Of a stretch of 32,000 nt of DNA, positions 6,981-14,566 are shown in pieces. Each line of letters opens with the position of its first letter. Within the stretch, counting starts at the first letter, position 1. Where the stretch lies: contig JBAZMW010000001.1 of the NCBI GenBank assembly GCA_041649575.1, positions 30,001 through 62,000 on the forward strand. Reading direction: 5' to 3'. The notes beneath the pieces are model-generated. The model saw nothing but the letters and a program-made list of their open reading frames with translations, was not told the DNA's origin and ran no database searches. The translations under genes and the position numbers were made by a program. Origin of the DNA: Patescibacteria group bacterium (GTDB taxonomy: Bacteria; Patescibacteriota; Patescibacteriia; 2-01-FULL-39-33).

Positions 6981-7556
6981 ATGAAAAAAGGGTTGATAAT
7001 TTTGGTTGTCGTAATTGTCGTGTTGGTGGCGGTAGTCGGCTATTTGTGGTCGGCTTACAATAAAATGGTTGTCGCCAACGAATCAATCGACGGCCAGTGG
7101 GCGCAAGTAGAGACACAATATCAAAGGCGTTTGGATTTGATTCCTAATTTAGTGGAATCGGTCAAGGGCATTATGACTCAAGAACAGCAAGTTTTCGGCG
7201 ATTTGGCCGAGGCCAGGACCAAATATGCCGGCGCGGTGACTGTAGATCAAAAGGCGGCGGCGGCCACTCAAGTGGAAAGCGCTTTGGGACGACTGCTGGT
7301 GATAGTGGAAAATTACCCGCAGCTCAAATCGGCAGAAAATGTGCAAACACTGATGGTTCAGCTGGAGGGGACGGAAAATCGGGTGAGCGTGGAGCGTGGA
7401 CGATTCAATGATTTGGTAAAAAATTACAACATCTTAATCAAACGTATTCCAGAAAAATGGCTGGCCGGCATGTTCGGTTTTGGCGAGCGGCAATATTTTG
7501 AAGCAGCAGCCGGCGCCGAGAATGCGCCAAGCGTAAACTTAAATATCAATCAATAA
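6981..7556 (+). CDS. lemA: LemA family protein (191 aa)
   Basis: ORF track. An N-terminal TM helix is followed by YNKMVVANESIDGQWAQVETQYQRRLDLIPNLVESVKG...ENYPQLKS...LEGTENRVSVERGRFND, the classic LemA pattern. Confidence 0.9.
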   Translation: MKKGLIILVVVIVVLVAVVGYLWSAYNKMVVANESIDGQWAQVETQYQRRLDLIPNLVESVKGIMTQEQQVFGDLAEARTKYAGAVTVDQKAAAATQVESALGRLLVIVENYPQLKSAENVQTLMVQLEGTENRVSVERGRFNDLVKNYNILIKRIPEKWLAGMFGFGERQYFEAAAGAENAPSVNLNINQ

Positions 7557-7568
7557 TAAAGAAGCTTT

Positions 7569-7593
7569 AAAGCCGTAGCCGCGCTACGGCTTT
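7569..7593 (+). terminator. Intergenic stem-loop between lemA and the TPM gene (weak terminator/attenuator or mRNA-stability hairpin)
   Basis: An 11-bp perfect stem, AAAGCCGTAGC / GCTACGGCTTT, has a 3-nt loop. The downstream T-tract is poor (TTTAACTTTA). Confidence 0.35.
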
Positions 7594-7604
7594 AACTTTA
7601 GCTT

Positions 7605-8498
7605 ATGCAAAAAGTATTTCTAAGAATAGGTTTAGTAGCTGTGATTTTGGCCTTTTTAACTTTGCCGGCCAAGGCCTATTATGATTTGGGCCGGCCGGCG
7701 GGATATGTTAATGATTACGCCGGAGTTTTAAGCGCGGCCGACAAAACGGCGCTGGAAAACAAATTGACGCAGTTCGAAGCGGATTCTTCCAATGAGATTG
7801 CCATAGCGACAATCAAGTCGCTCCAAGGCGATACGATAGAGAATTTTGCGGTGAAGTTATTCGAGTCTTGGAAGATCGGCAAAGAAGACAAGGATAACGG
7901 CGTCTTAATTTTGGTGGCGGTAGAGGACAGAAAAATGCGGGTTGAAGTTGGCTATGGCCTGGAAGGAGCGCTGACCGACGCCCAAAGTTATTGGGTAATC
8001 AACAACGTCATGAAGCCGGCTTTCAGAGAAAGTAACTATTACGGAGGTCTTAATGGAGCCGTAGATAAAATAGTTGACGCCACCAAGGGCGAATATGTAC
8101 CCAGCGAAACTCCAAAAAATTCTGAAGAGGGGGGTTTGTTAAATATCGTTTTTGGCTTGATCTGGCCTTTCGCTTTTATTTTGATATTTTTAGCCAGTAT
8201 TTTGTCGAGGAGCAAATCGTGGTGGGCCGGAGGAATAATTGGCTTAGTTATAGGGGTGGTGGTCGGATTGTTCGTCGGTTTCATTTGGGGTGTGGTTGGC
8301 GTTTTGATCCTGACGCCCCTGGGCCTGTTGTTTGATTTTTTTGTTTCCAAACAATATCAAAAGGGCAAAGCTTCGGGACATTATCCCTGGTGGATTGGGG
8401 GGCGCGGCGGATTTGGCGGCGGCGGTAGCGGCGGCGGCGGTTTTGGCGGATTTGGCGGCGGCAGTTCGGGTGGTGGCGGAGCGAGCGGTGGGTGGTAA
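7605..8498 (+). CDS. TPM-domain (YgcG-like) membrane protein with a Gly-rich C-terminal tail (297 aa)
   Basis: ORF track. A signal peptide is followed by YVNDYAGVLS...SNEIAIATIKSLQGDTIENFAVKLFESWKIGKEDKDNGVLILVAVEDRKMRVEVGYGLEGALTD (TPM pattern), then C-terminal TM helices and a GGxGG tail. Pairing with LemA is common. Confidence 0.85.
   Translation: MQKVFLRIGLVAVILAFLTLPAKAYYDLGRPAGYVNDYAGVLSAADKTALENKLTQFEADSSNEIAIATIKSLQGDTIENFAVKLFESWKIGKEDKDNGVLILVAVEDRKMRVEVGYGLEGALTDAQSYWVINNVMKPAFRESNYYGGLNGAVDKIVDATKGEYVPSETPKNSEEGGLLNIVFGLIWPFAFILIFLASILSRSKSWWAGGIIGLVIGVVVGLFVGFIWGVVGVLILTPLGLLFDFFVSKQYQKGKASGHYPWWIGGRGGFGGGGSGGGGFGGFGGGSSGGGGASGGW
8397..8495 (+). repeat. GGC/GGT-rich low-complexity tract encoding the poly-Gly tail of the TPM protein
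   Basis: Encodes GGRGGFGGGGSGGGGFGGFGGGSSGGGGASGGW. The DNA is reiterated ggcgg units, which also create spurious ORFs in other frames. Confidence 0.7.
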
Positions 8499-8503
8499 AA
8501 AAT

Positions 8504-8899
8504 ATGGAAAACAAATACAAAGGCGTAATAATAGAAGAAAGCCTAGAAGACAAAACTGTTTTAGGAAGTGTCAGTATTTTGGATACGAAAATAGAAGAAG
8601 TAACTAAAAAACATAGAACTCCATGGGTTACTAAGTGGACTTTGCACACTGTAGAAATACCCGAGGATAGAGTTGAGATTATTACAGGACAAATCAGTGA
8701 ATCTTTAGATAAAAACCACGCCTGGTATGCCGATTTTAAAAATAGAGAGCATCATTACATTGTTTTCCGTGGTAAGGTTTTCTTTGTTGACCGATACAGT
8801 AAAGAACAATATGACGAGGCAAAGAAATATGGAATTTCATTGGGTATTCCGGAATATCAGGTTGATTTTCATCCAGAGGTGAAAGAGTGGGAGAGATAG
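8504..8899 (+). CDS. Hypothetical protein (131 aa)
   Basis: ORF track gives 8492..8899 from a GTG inside the TPM stop region. The ATG at 8504 (MENKYKGVIIEE...) lies 5 nt after the TPM stop. I recognised no family. Confidence 0.55.
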   Translation: MENKYKGVIIEESLEDKTVLGSVSILDTKIEEVTKKHRTPWVTKWTLHTVEIPEDRVEIITGQISESLDKNHAWYADFKNREHHYIVFRGKVFFVDRYSKEQYDEAKKYGISLGIPEYQVDFHPEVKEWER

Positions 8900-8933
8900 G
8901 GTTTACATAATTATTTAGATCAAATACTACGGA

Positions 8934-8963
8934 GACGCGTGCAAGCGCGTCCCTGTATTTTTT
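8934..8963 (+). terminator. Rho-independent terminator after the lemA-TPM-ORF131 unit
   Basis: Stem GACGCG (8934-8939) / CGCGTC (8946-8951) with a 6-nt loop, followed by a T6 run at 8958-8963. Confidence 0.55.
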
Positions 8964-8973
8964 GGCTGATTTT

Positions 8974-8982
8974 TGCTATAAT
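8974..8982 (+). promoter_or_regulatory. Extended -10 promoter TGCTATAAT for the GIY-YIG/FemAB/MFS/DUF1624/rsmA operon
   Basis: An exact TGnTATAAT lies immediately after the terminator and ~50 nt upstream of the ATG at 9032. Confidence 0.45.
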
Positions 8983-9031
8983 TTATCCTGTTAGACAAAA
9001 TTTTAAATTTTTTATTTGTCTTGCAATATGT

Positions 9032-9286
9032 ATGTATTATGTCTATATTTTGGAATCTATAAAAGATAAAAAATTCTATACTGGCTTTACTAAAAATTTA
9101 AAATTTAGATTTGAGCAACATCAAAAAGGATTGGTTGACTCTACTAAGAATAGGAAACCGTTTAAATTAATTTACTATGAGGCTTGTCTTAACCAGCAGG
9201 ATGCTACTAGGAGAGAAAAGTACCTAAAAACGATTTATGGCAAAAGATACCTCAAGAATCGGCTCGAATCTTATCTAACAGGATGA
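9032..9286 (+). CDS. Small stand-alone GIY-YIG nuclease family protein (84 aa)
   Basis: ORF track starts at 8939, but that extension runs through the terminator and promoter. The ATG at 9032 gives MYYVYILESIKDKKFYTGFTKNLKFRFEQHQKG...REKYLK, a GIY-YIG pattern (YVYIL...YTGFT...R...H). Confidence 0.8.
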   Translation: MYYVYILESIKDKKFYTGFTKNLKFRFEQHQKGLVDSTKNRKPFKLIYYEACLNQQDATRREKYLKTIYGKRYLKNRLESYLTG

Positions 9287-9290
9287 ATTA

Positions 9291-10415
9291 ATGAAAGTAA
9301 TTTTTGGAGAAAGCTTGGGTCAGGAAAAGTGGGACGAATTTATCAAAAATAATTCGTCTGATTTTGGTTTATTGCAATCAGCTGGTTGGGCTAAGTTTCA
9401 GAGAAGCTTGGGCCGGCAAGTTTTTCAGTTAGCAGCGGCCGATGAACAGCAAAATATTTTGGCCGTAGCATTAATAATTAAGCAGAAGCTACCACTAGGA
9501 AAAAGTTATTTTTATATTCCACGTGGGCCAGTTGTGGTTGTCATTGCGAGCGAAGCGAAGCAATCCCAAGTAATAATGGATAACACGGGATCGCCACCTG
9601 TCTCGCATGCCTTTGGCAAAGCCTTCGGCGACGCCAGGCCGAGCCTAGGCGGACGGTCGCTATCGCTTCCTCGCGATGACATTTTGAGTAGTTTGTTTTC
9701 TGAAATTGAGAATTTGGCTAAAAAAGAAAAAGCGATTTTTTTAAGATTGGATCCGGCCTGGGAAAACAGCGAGGCCAGTCTGAATTATTTTAAAAAGCAA
9801 AAATTAAAATTTTCCGGACAGGTTCAGCCAAAACAAACACTAATTTTAGACTTAACCAAATCAGAAGAAGAATTATTGGCGCAAATGAAACCAAAAACCC
9901 GCTATAATATCAAAGTGGCGCAAAAGCATTGTTTAAAAATTGACGAAGGTGAGCATTATTTTGAAAATTTTTGGCAATTAATGAAAAAAACTGCCAAACG
10001 CGACAACTTTTCGACTCATAGCAGAGAGTATTACTATAAAATGGTCGAAAACCTAGCGTCGGATAAAGTTGTCAGACTAGTGGTGGCCAAAGACGGCGAC
10101 AGAGTTATCGCCGCTAATCTAATGGTAGCTTTCGGCTACTGGTGCGTTTATTTGCACGGCGCTTCCGATTATGGCTCTCGGGAAAAAATGGCGCCCTATT
10201 TGTTGCAGTGGGAGGCGATTTTATCGGCCAAAGCCAAAAACAAAAAATATTATGATTTTTGGGGCGTGGACGAAGACAGCTGGCCGGGGGTGACGCGGTT
10301 TAAGACCGGTTTTGCTCTTAAACAGGGTTTCACCCAATATGTTGGCAGCTGGGATTTAGTGTATAATAAAAGGTGGTATGGTCTATACCGGGCTCTGAAA
10401 AAAATAAAAAGCTAG
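9291..10415 (+). CDS. FemAB-family peptidoglycan interpeptide-bridge aminoacyltransferase (FemX/MurM-like), carrying a 47-codon insertion
   Basis: ORF track. Contains LLQSAGWAKFQ, YFYIPRGPV, FLRLDP, MKPKTRYNIKVAQK, YLHGASD...MAPYLLQWEAI and YDFWGV...GVTRFKTGF, typical of FemAB/MurM-type enzymes. Confidence 0.8.
   Translation: MKVIFGESLGQEKWDEFIKNNSSDFGLLQSAGWAKFQRSLGRQVFQLAAADEQQNILAVALIIKQKLPLGKSYFYIPRGPVVVVIASEAKQSQVIMDNTGSPPVSHAFGKAFGDARPSLGGRSLSLPRDDILSSLFSEIENLAKKEKAIFLRLDPAWENSEASLNYFKKQKLKFSGQVQPKQTLILDLTKSEEELLAQMKPKTRYNIKVAQKHCLKIDEGEHYFENFWQLMKKTAKRDNFSTHSREYYYKMVENLASDKVVRLVVAKDGDRVIAANLMVAFGYWCVYLHGASDYGSREKMAPYLLQWEAILSAKAKNKKYYDFWGVDEDSWPGVTRFKTGFALKQGFTQYVGSWDLVYNKRWYGLYRALKKIKS
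9540..9680 (+). repeat. 141-bp palindromic insertion (MITE/RPE-like) lying exactly in-frame within the FemAB gene
   Basis: Terminal inverted repeats: GTCATTGCGAGCGAAGCGAAGCAATCC (left) against the reverse complement of the right end, GTCATCGCGAGGAAGCGATAGCGACC (~26 nt, a few mismatches, one 1-nt indel). It begins on a codon boundary and is 47 codons long. It encodes VIASEAKQSQVIMDNTGSPPVSHAFGKAFGDARPSLGGRSLSLPRDD between conserved ...IPRGPVV and ILSSLF.... Confidence 0.55.
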
Positions 10416-10421
10416 ACTTTT

Positions 10422-11612
10422 ATGGCCGATAAAATTAGAGATTTAATTTTATCTTGTTTCCCCCGCCAGCTTAACCGGCAGATCAAGGAGTTGTATCTTT
10501 CTTCGATAATTTTGGTCTTCGCCGAGTCGATGGTTATCATCTTCGAGCCGGTTTTTTTGTACACTATTTTTTTTAAGTCCCACGGATTTAAAGGCTCGTT
10601 GCAACTCTTGTTGTGTTTTTATCTGGTGATTTATCTGCTTTATTTCGCCGTCTTGCCTTTGGGGGCTCGTTTTGCCAAGCGTTTTGGCTACGAATCTTCC
10701 ATTGCTTTGGGAGTTTTTTTTACGGCGTTGCTTTACGGCAGCTTGTTTATGATCAGTAAATTTTTCTGGCCCTTTACAGTTCTGACCATAATTTTTTATG
10801 TTTTGGCTAAAATGTTTTATTGGCCGGCCTATCACGCCAATTTTGCCCGCTTTTCGGCTTCGGGCCAACGCGGTCGACAAATTAGCAATTTGGCCATTTT
10901 GGAAACCATAGTTTGCATCGTCGGTCCGCTACTGGGCGGCTTGATTCTGAAATTTTTCGGCTTTGAGTTTTTGTTTATTATCGCCTGCGCCTTGATAATT
11001 ATTTCCAACATTCCCCTACTTATCACCAGGGAACAATTCGAGCCGAAACCTTTCGAGTATTTTAAAGTCTATAAAGATTTATTTTCTCGGGAAAGAAGAA
11101 AAAAGTTTTTTTCCCTGTGGGGCTATGGCGAAGAATTCATCACCATGGTCGTTTGGCCAGTGTTTATTTTCACAGTGGTTAAAGATTTCTTAGGCTTGGG
11201 CGCTTTGACGGCTTTTTCTTTGTTTTTAACCACCATTGTCTTTTTATTCATCGGCAGAATCACCGATCGACAAGAAGGCCGGCTAGTTATGCGCTACGGC
11301 ACAATTTTCTATTCTTTTAGCTGGCTGTTGCGCCTGATCTCTCGGGGTGTTTTGGGAGTTTTTTTAATTGACAGCTATTCCCGATTGGCCAAGCAATCAA
11401 TCTCAGTGCCCACGGTGGCCTTGACTTATTCCAAGGCGACACGAAAAGATTCGTCGGTGATGGGGACAATAGTTTTTTTTGAGATGTCTCTGGTGGTTGG
11501 CAAAATCGTTACCATGTTGGCGGCCTTAGTCTTGTTGCAAATCTTTACTCCAGGCTGGAACTCGATGTTTATTCTGGCCGGACTGATGACTTTACTTTAT
11601 TTACTTTTTTAA
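10422..11612 (+). CDS. Polytopic membrane transporter, probably MFS (396 aa)
   Basis: ORF track. About 12 hydrophobic helices by eye, with an RFGYE-type loop after TM2 that resembles MFS motif A. Confidence 0.55.
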   Translation: MADKIRDLILSCFPRQLNRQIKELYLSSIILVFAESMVIIFEPVFLYTIFFKSHGFKGSLQLLLCFYLVIYLLYFAVLPLGARFAKRFGYESSIALGVFFTALLYGSLFMISKFFWPFTVLTIIFYVLAKMFYWPAYHANFARFSASGQRGRQISNLAILETIVCIVGPLLGGLILKFFGFEFLFIIACALIIISNIPLLITREQFEPKPFEYFKVYKDLFSRERRKKFFSLWGYGEEFITMVVWPVFIFTVVKDFLGLGALTAFSLFLTTIVFLFIGRITDRQEGRLVMRYGTIFYSFSWLLRLISRGVLGVFLIDSYSRLAKQSISVPTVALTYSKATRKDSSVMGTIVFFEMSLVVGKIVTMLAALVLLQIFTPGWNSMFILAGLMTLLYLLF

Positions 11613-11615
11613 TTT

Positions 11616-12668
11616 ATGAAAAGATTGGATTTTTTGGATTATTGGCGCGGTTGGGCGATAGTGCTGATGGTTTTCAATCATACGGCTCGCTGGTGGCTTG
11701 AATCAGCGACGCTGGGAGCCCTTCAGGAACGGGTGGTTTATTTTACAGTGACTCTGGCAGCGCCATTTTTTTTGTTTTTAGTCGGTTTTTCTTTGGCCTT
11801 ATCTTTTTTTAGAGCCAGAGAGGCAAAACGGCTGCCGTCGGCAAAAATTGTGGTCAAATATTTAAAAAGAGGTTTATTTATCATTATTTTGGGCTATGTT
11901 TTTAATTTTTTAATTTTGACCAGCCAAAATTCGATTCTGCGTGGCCAGGTTTTGCAAGCGATAGGCTCGACCATTATTCTGGCCATACCTTTTTTATTTT
12001 TGAGCCAGAAAAAATTTTTTCAGTTTGTTTTTTTGGCGCTGGCCTTGGCCATTGTCTTTTTTGGGCCGATAGCCTTTAGTCTCTCGGTCTCGGCGCCACT
12101 ACTGGAAAAAATAAATTGGTTTTTTACAGCCTTCCCCCTGATTCCTTGGTTTGGTTTTGCGCTGCTGGGCCTGGTTTTGGGCCGTATTTTTTTGGAGCTT
12201 CGAGATAATCAAAAAAAACTGGCCTGGTTTTTTGGTGTTCTGGGTTTTTTGGGAGTAATTGGTTTGGCCATAGCGTTTGTCGGTAAAGAATTATTTTTGG
12301 ATGGTTACTTTTTCGCTTTCGGCCATGATTTTGTCGTCAACGCCTGGTGGGCACCAAAGGGATTGACGGTCTTTTGGGTTTTGGGAATGATTTTTATATT
12401 CTTGGTCGGGTGTTATTTTTTGGATCAATTCGGGAAATGGCGAATAACTTGGCTGAAAAATTTAGGCCAGACGGCTTTAATGATTTATTTTGCGCATCAT
12501 TTGATCGGTTTGGATTTATTAAGCTACGTTTTTAATTTTAAACTGGCAACACCCGTTGGTTATTTTTGCGCCAGTCTGGTTTTTTTGGTGATACTGGTAT
12601 TCTCAAGCGGGTGTTGGCTTGAACTAATTAATTATCTTAAAAAAAAGTTTGACTATCGCCGAAGCTAA
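11616..12668 (+). CDS. DUF1624 / heparan-alpha-glucosaminide N-acetyltransferase-like membrane acyltransferase family protein (350 aa)
   Basis: ORF track. The N-terminus MKRLDFLDYWRGWAIVLMVFNHTARWW matches the R..lD..RG.a...M...H signature of this family. The protein is polytopic. Confidence 0.6.
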   Translation: MKRLDFLDYWRGWAIVLMVFNHTARWWLESATLGALQERVVYFTVTLAAPFFLFLVGFSLALSFFRAREAKRLPSAKIVVKYLKRGLFIIILGYVFNFLILTSQNSILRGQVLQAIGSTIILAIPFLFLSQKKFFQFVFLALALAIVFFGPIAFSLSVSAPLLEKINWFFTAFPLIPWFGFALLGLVLGRIFLELRDNQKKLAWFFGVLGFLGVIGLAIAFVGKELFLDGYFFAFGHDFVVNAWWAPKGLTVFWVLGMIFIFLVGCYFLDQFGKWRITWLKNLGQTALMIYFAHHLIGLDLLSYVFNFKLATPVGYFCASLVFLVILVFSSGCWLELINYLKKKFDYRRS

Positions 12669-13485
12669 ATCAATCAGCGCCAGAATCGGCTTGTCTCCCA
12701 GCAGAGCCAAAGGCCAAAATTTTTTGGTCGACCAAAATATTATCGACAGGATAATTAAGTCGGCCGATCTTGGCAAAGCCGAGACGGTTTTGGAGGTTGG
12801 GCCGGGTTTTGGCGTTTTGACCAGAGAGCTGGTCAAAGAGGCGGGCCAGGTGGTGGCGGTGGAACTGGACAAAAAACTTTTTGATTTTTTGCAGAAAGAA
12901 TTGGGGCAAAATAAAAATTTAAAACTGCTTAACGCCGATATTTTGAAAAACGATCCAGGGGCAATGGGTTTGTCGGCGTTTGGCTATCGGGTGGTGGCCA
13001 ACCTGCCTTACAATATCACTTCCTTTTTTTTGCGGCGATTTTTGGAAAGCCCGACCAAGCCCCGTGAAATGATGCTAATGGTGCAAAAAGAAGTGGCTCA
13101 AAGGCTTATGGCCAAACCAGGGAAAAACAATTTACTTTCTCTCTCGGTGCAATTCTATGGCGAGAGTCAAATTTTATTTGAAGTCAAAAAAGAATCTTTT
13201 TGGCCCGAGCCGCAAGTGGATTCGGCAGTGATTAAAATAAAATTAAAAAAAGATTTGCCAGAAATTGACGCCAAATATTTTTTCAGGGTTTTGAGGGTCG
13301 GTTTTTCGGCCAAAAGGAAGCAGTTACAGAACAATTTAGCGGCCGGTTTTTGTCTAAAAAACTCTAAAATTAGAGAAATTTTGGCTGCTATTGGGTTGGA
13401 AGAAAAAATCAGGGCGCAGGAGCTCGCTTTAGACAAGTGGCTCAATTTGGCTAACCAATTAAAAGATCAGATTTTGCTGAAATAA
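12649..13485 (+). CDS. rsmA: 16S rRNA (adenine1518/1519-N6)-dimethyltransferase RsmA/KsgA
   Basis: ORF track. A TTG start overlaps the upstream gene by 20 nt. Motifs: GQNFLVD, VLEVGPGFGVLT (SAM site), VVANLPYNITS and FWPEPQVDSAVIKI. Confidence 0.9.
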   Translation: MTIAEAKSISARIGLSPSRAKGQNFLVDQNIIDRIIKSADLGKAETVLEVGPGFGVLTRELVKEAGQVVAVELDKKLFDFLQKELGQNKNLKLLNADILKNDPGAMGLSAFGYRVVANLPYNITSFFLRRFLESPTKPREMMLMVQKEVAQRLMAKPGKNNLLSLSVQFYGESQILFEVKKESFWPEPQVDSAVIKIKLKKDLPEIDAKYFFRVLRVGFSAKRKQLQNNLAAGFCLKNSKIREILAAIGLEEKIRAQELALDKWLNLANQLKDQILLK

Positions 13486-13533
13486 AAAAGTAAAAAAAGT
13501 AAAAAGAGGTATTGGGTGTTTTTTAGTTTTTTA

Positions 13534-13577
13534 TGTTATAATATAAATAGTACCTTTCCTCTTTTTTGTGTTATACT
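13534..13577 (+). promoter_or_regulatory. Two tandem extended -10 boxes (TGTTATAAT, TGTTATACT) upstream of the 18-kb operon
   Basis: TGTTATAAT at 13534-13542 and TGTTATACT at 13569-13577 lie in the 124-nt AT-rich gap after rsmA. The ATG of the first operon gene is at 13610. Confidence 0.45.
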
Positions 13578-13609
13578 ATTAGTAATCGGATATATTTATT
13601 CACAACCAA

Positions 13610-14545
13610 ATGGAAGGCGACCGACAGGAGGAGTCAATTTTGAGCGATAACTCGGATTTAGAGTTAAAATCCCCATACAAAAGGGGTAATTTTTCTGTTG
13701 TTGGCCGCTCAAAACCAGAAAAAATTATTTCGGTAGCGGTGGTGGTGATGATTTTGGTGGCACTTTTTTTTGCCTATTACCAGCTGGCTAGCAGTTTTAA
13801 GAAGCCTTTTGTTAATTTTAGTCAGTTGGCGGCTAGTAGTAATACTTCCTGTTCTGACGGCAGTTGCTCTGGAGAGAATTCGGCCTCGGAAGAAGAACTA
13901 AAAAATACTGACACAGACGGAGACGGCCTTTCTGATTATGATGAGCTAAACGTTTATAAGACCAGCCCCTACCTAGAGGATACCGATAGCGACGGCACCA
14001 GCGATAAACAGGAAGTGCAGTTGGGGTACGACCCAAACTGTCCCGGTAAGAACCCTTGTTTTGGCTTCAATTTTGATGCTGTCAGCCAAGCCGCTTCGAC
14101 CACGGCGCCGTCTTTTCAGATCATGCCTAGCACCCCAGTTCAGCAAATAACTCCTGATTTTTTGCGTCAGCAGCTGAAAGCCAGCGGCGCTACCGAAGAA
14201 CAATTAGCCCAGTTTAGCGATGCCGAGCTTTTGGCCATGTATGAGGAATATGTGGCCGAAACGGGGAGCCAGAATACCCAAGCGGGACAGGCCGGCAGTC
14301 AGACAAATTCTGGCGGCACTGGCACCAATAATTCTTTGCAGCCTAGCGGCAATATCGATTTAAGCCAGCTTAATGTGCAGTCGGTAGACGATCTTAAAAA
14401 ATTAACAGGGGCGCAAATCAGACAACTAATGATTCAGCAGGGCGCGCCGGCCGAGACCTTGTCCCAAGTCAGCGACGACAAGCTTAAGGAAATGTTCTTG
14501 GCGCAGCTGGAGAGTAAATTAAGCGAGACAAATACTAATAAATAA
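13610..14545 (+). CDS. Membrane-anchored protein with thrombospondin type-3-like Ca-binding repeats and an internally duplicated C-terminal motif (311 aa)
   Basis: ORF track. TM helix IISVAVVVMILVALFFAYYQLA. DTDGDGLSDYDE (13910-13945) and DTDSDGTSDKQE (13979-14014). A duplicated segment: QQLKASGATEEQLAQFSDAELLAMYEEY versus RQLMIQQGAPAETLSQVSDDKLKEMFLAQL. Confidence 0.7.
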   Translation: MEGDRQEESILSDNSDLELKSPYKRGNFSVVGRSKPEKIISVAVVVMILVALFFAYYQLASSFKKPFVNFSQLAASSNTSCSDGSCSGENSASEEELKNTDTDGDGLSDYDELNVYKTSPYLEDTDSDGTSDKQEVQLGYDPNCPGKNPCFGFNFDAVSQAASTTAPSFQIMPSTPVQQITPDFLRQQLKASGATEEQLAQFSDAELLAMYEEYVAETGSQNTQAGQAGSQTNSGGTGTNNSLQPSGNIDLSQLNVQSVDDLKKLTGAQIRQLMIQQGAPAETLSQVSDDKLKEMFLAQLESKLSETNTNK

Positions 14546-14566
14546 TTTTTTGAAGATAAATTTGCC

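Noticed and set aside
8281-8649. A 122-aa minus-strand ORF and a 91-aa alternate-frame plus-strand ORF across the TPM gene tail
   Set aside because: They are artefacts of the reiterated GGC/GGT tract, which is open in several frames. The TPM frame carries the recognisable domain.
967-9031. ORF-track N-terminal extensions: leuS from TTG 967, island gene from GTG 5978, ORF131 from GTG 8492, GIY-YIG from 8939
   Set aside because: In each case a downstream ATG gives a protein starting at the conserved N-terminus. The 8939 extension would run through a terminator hairpin and a TGCTATAAT promoter. The 5942 ATG has a proper SD.
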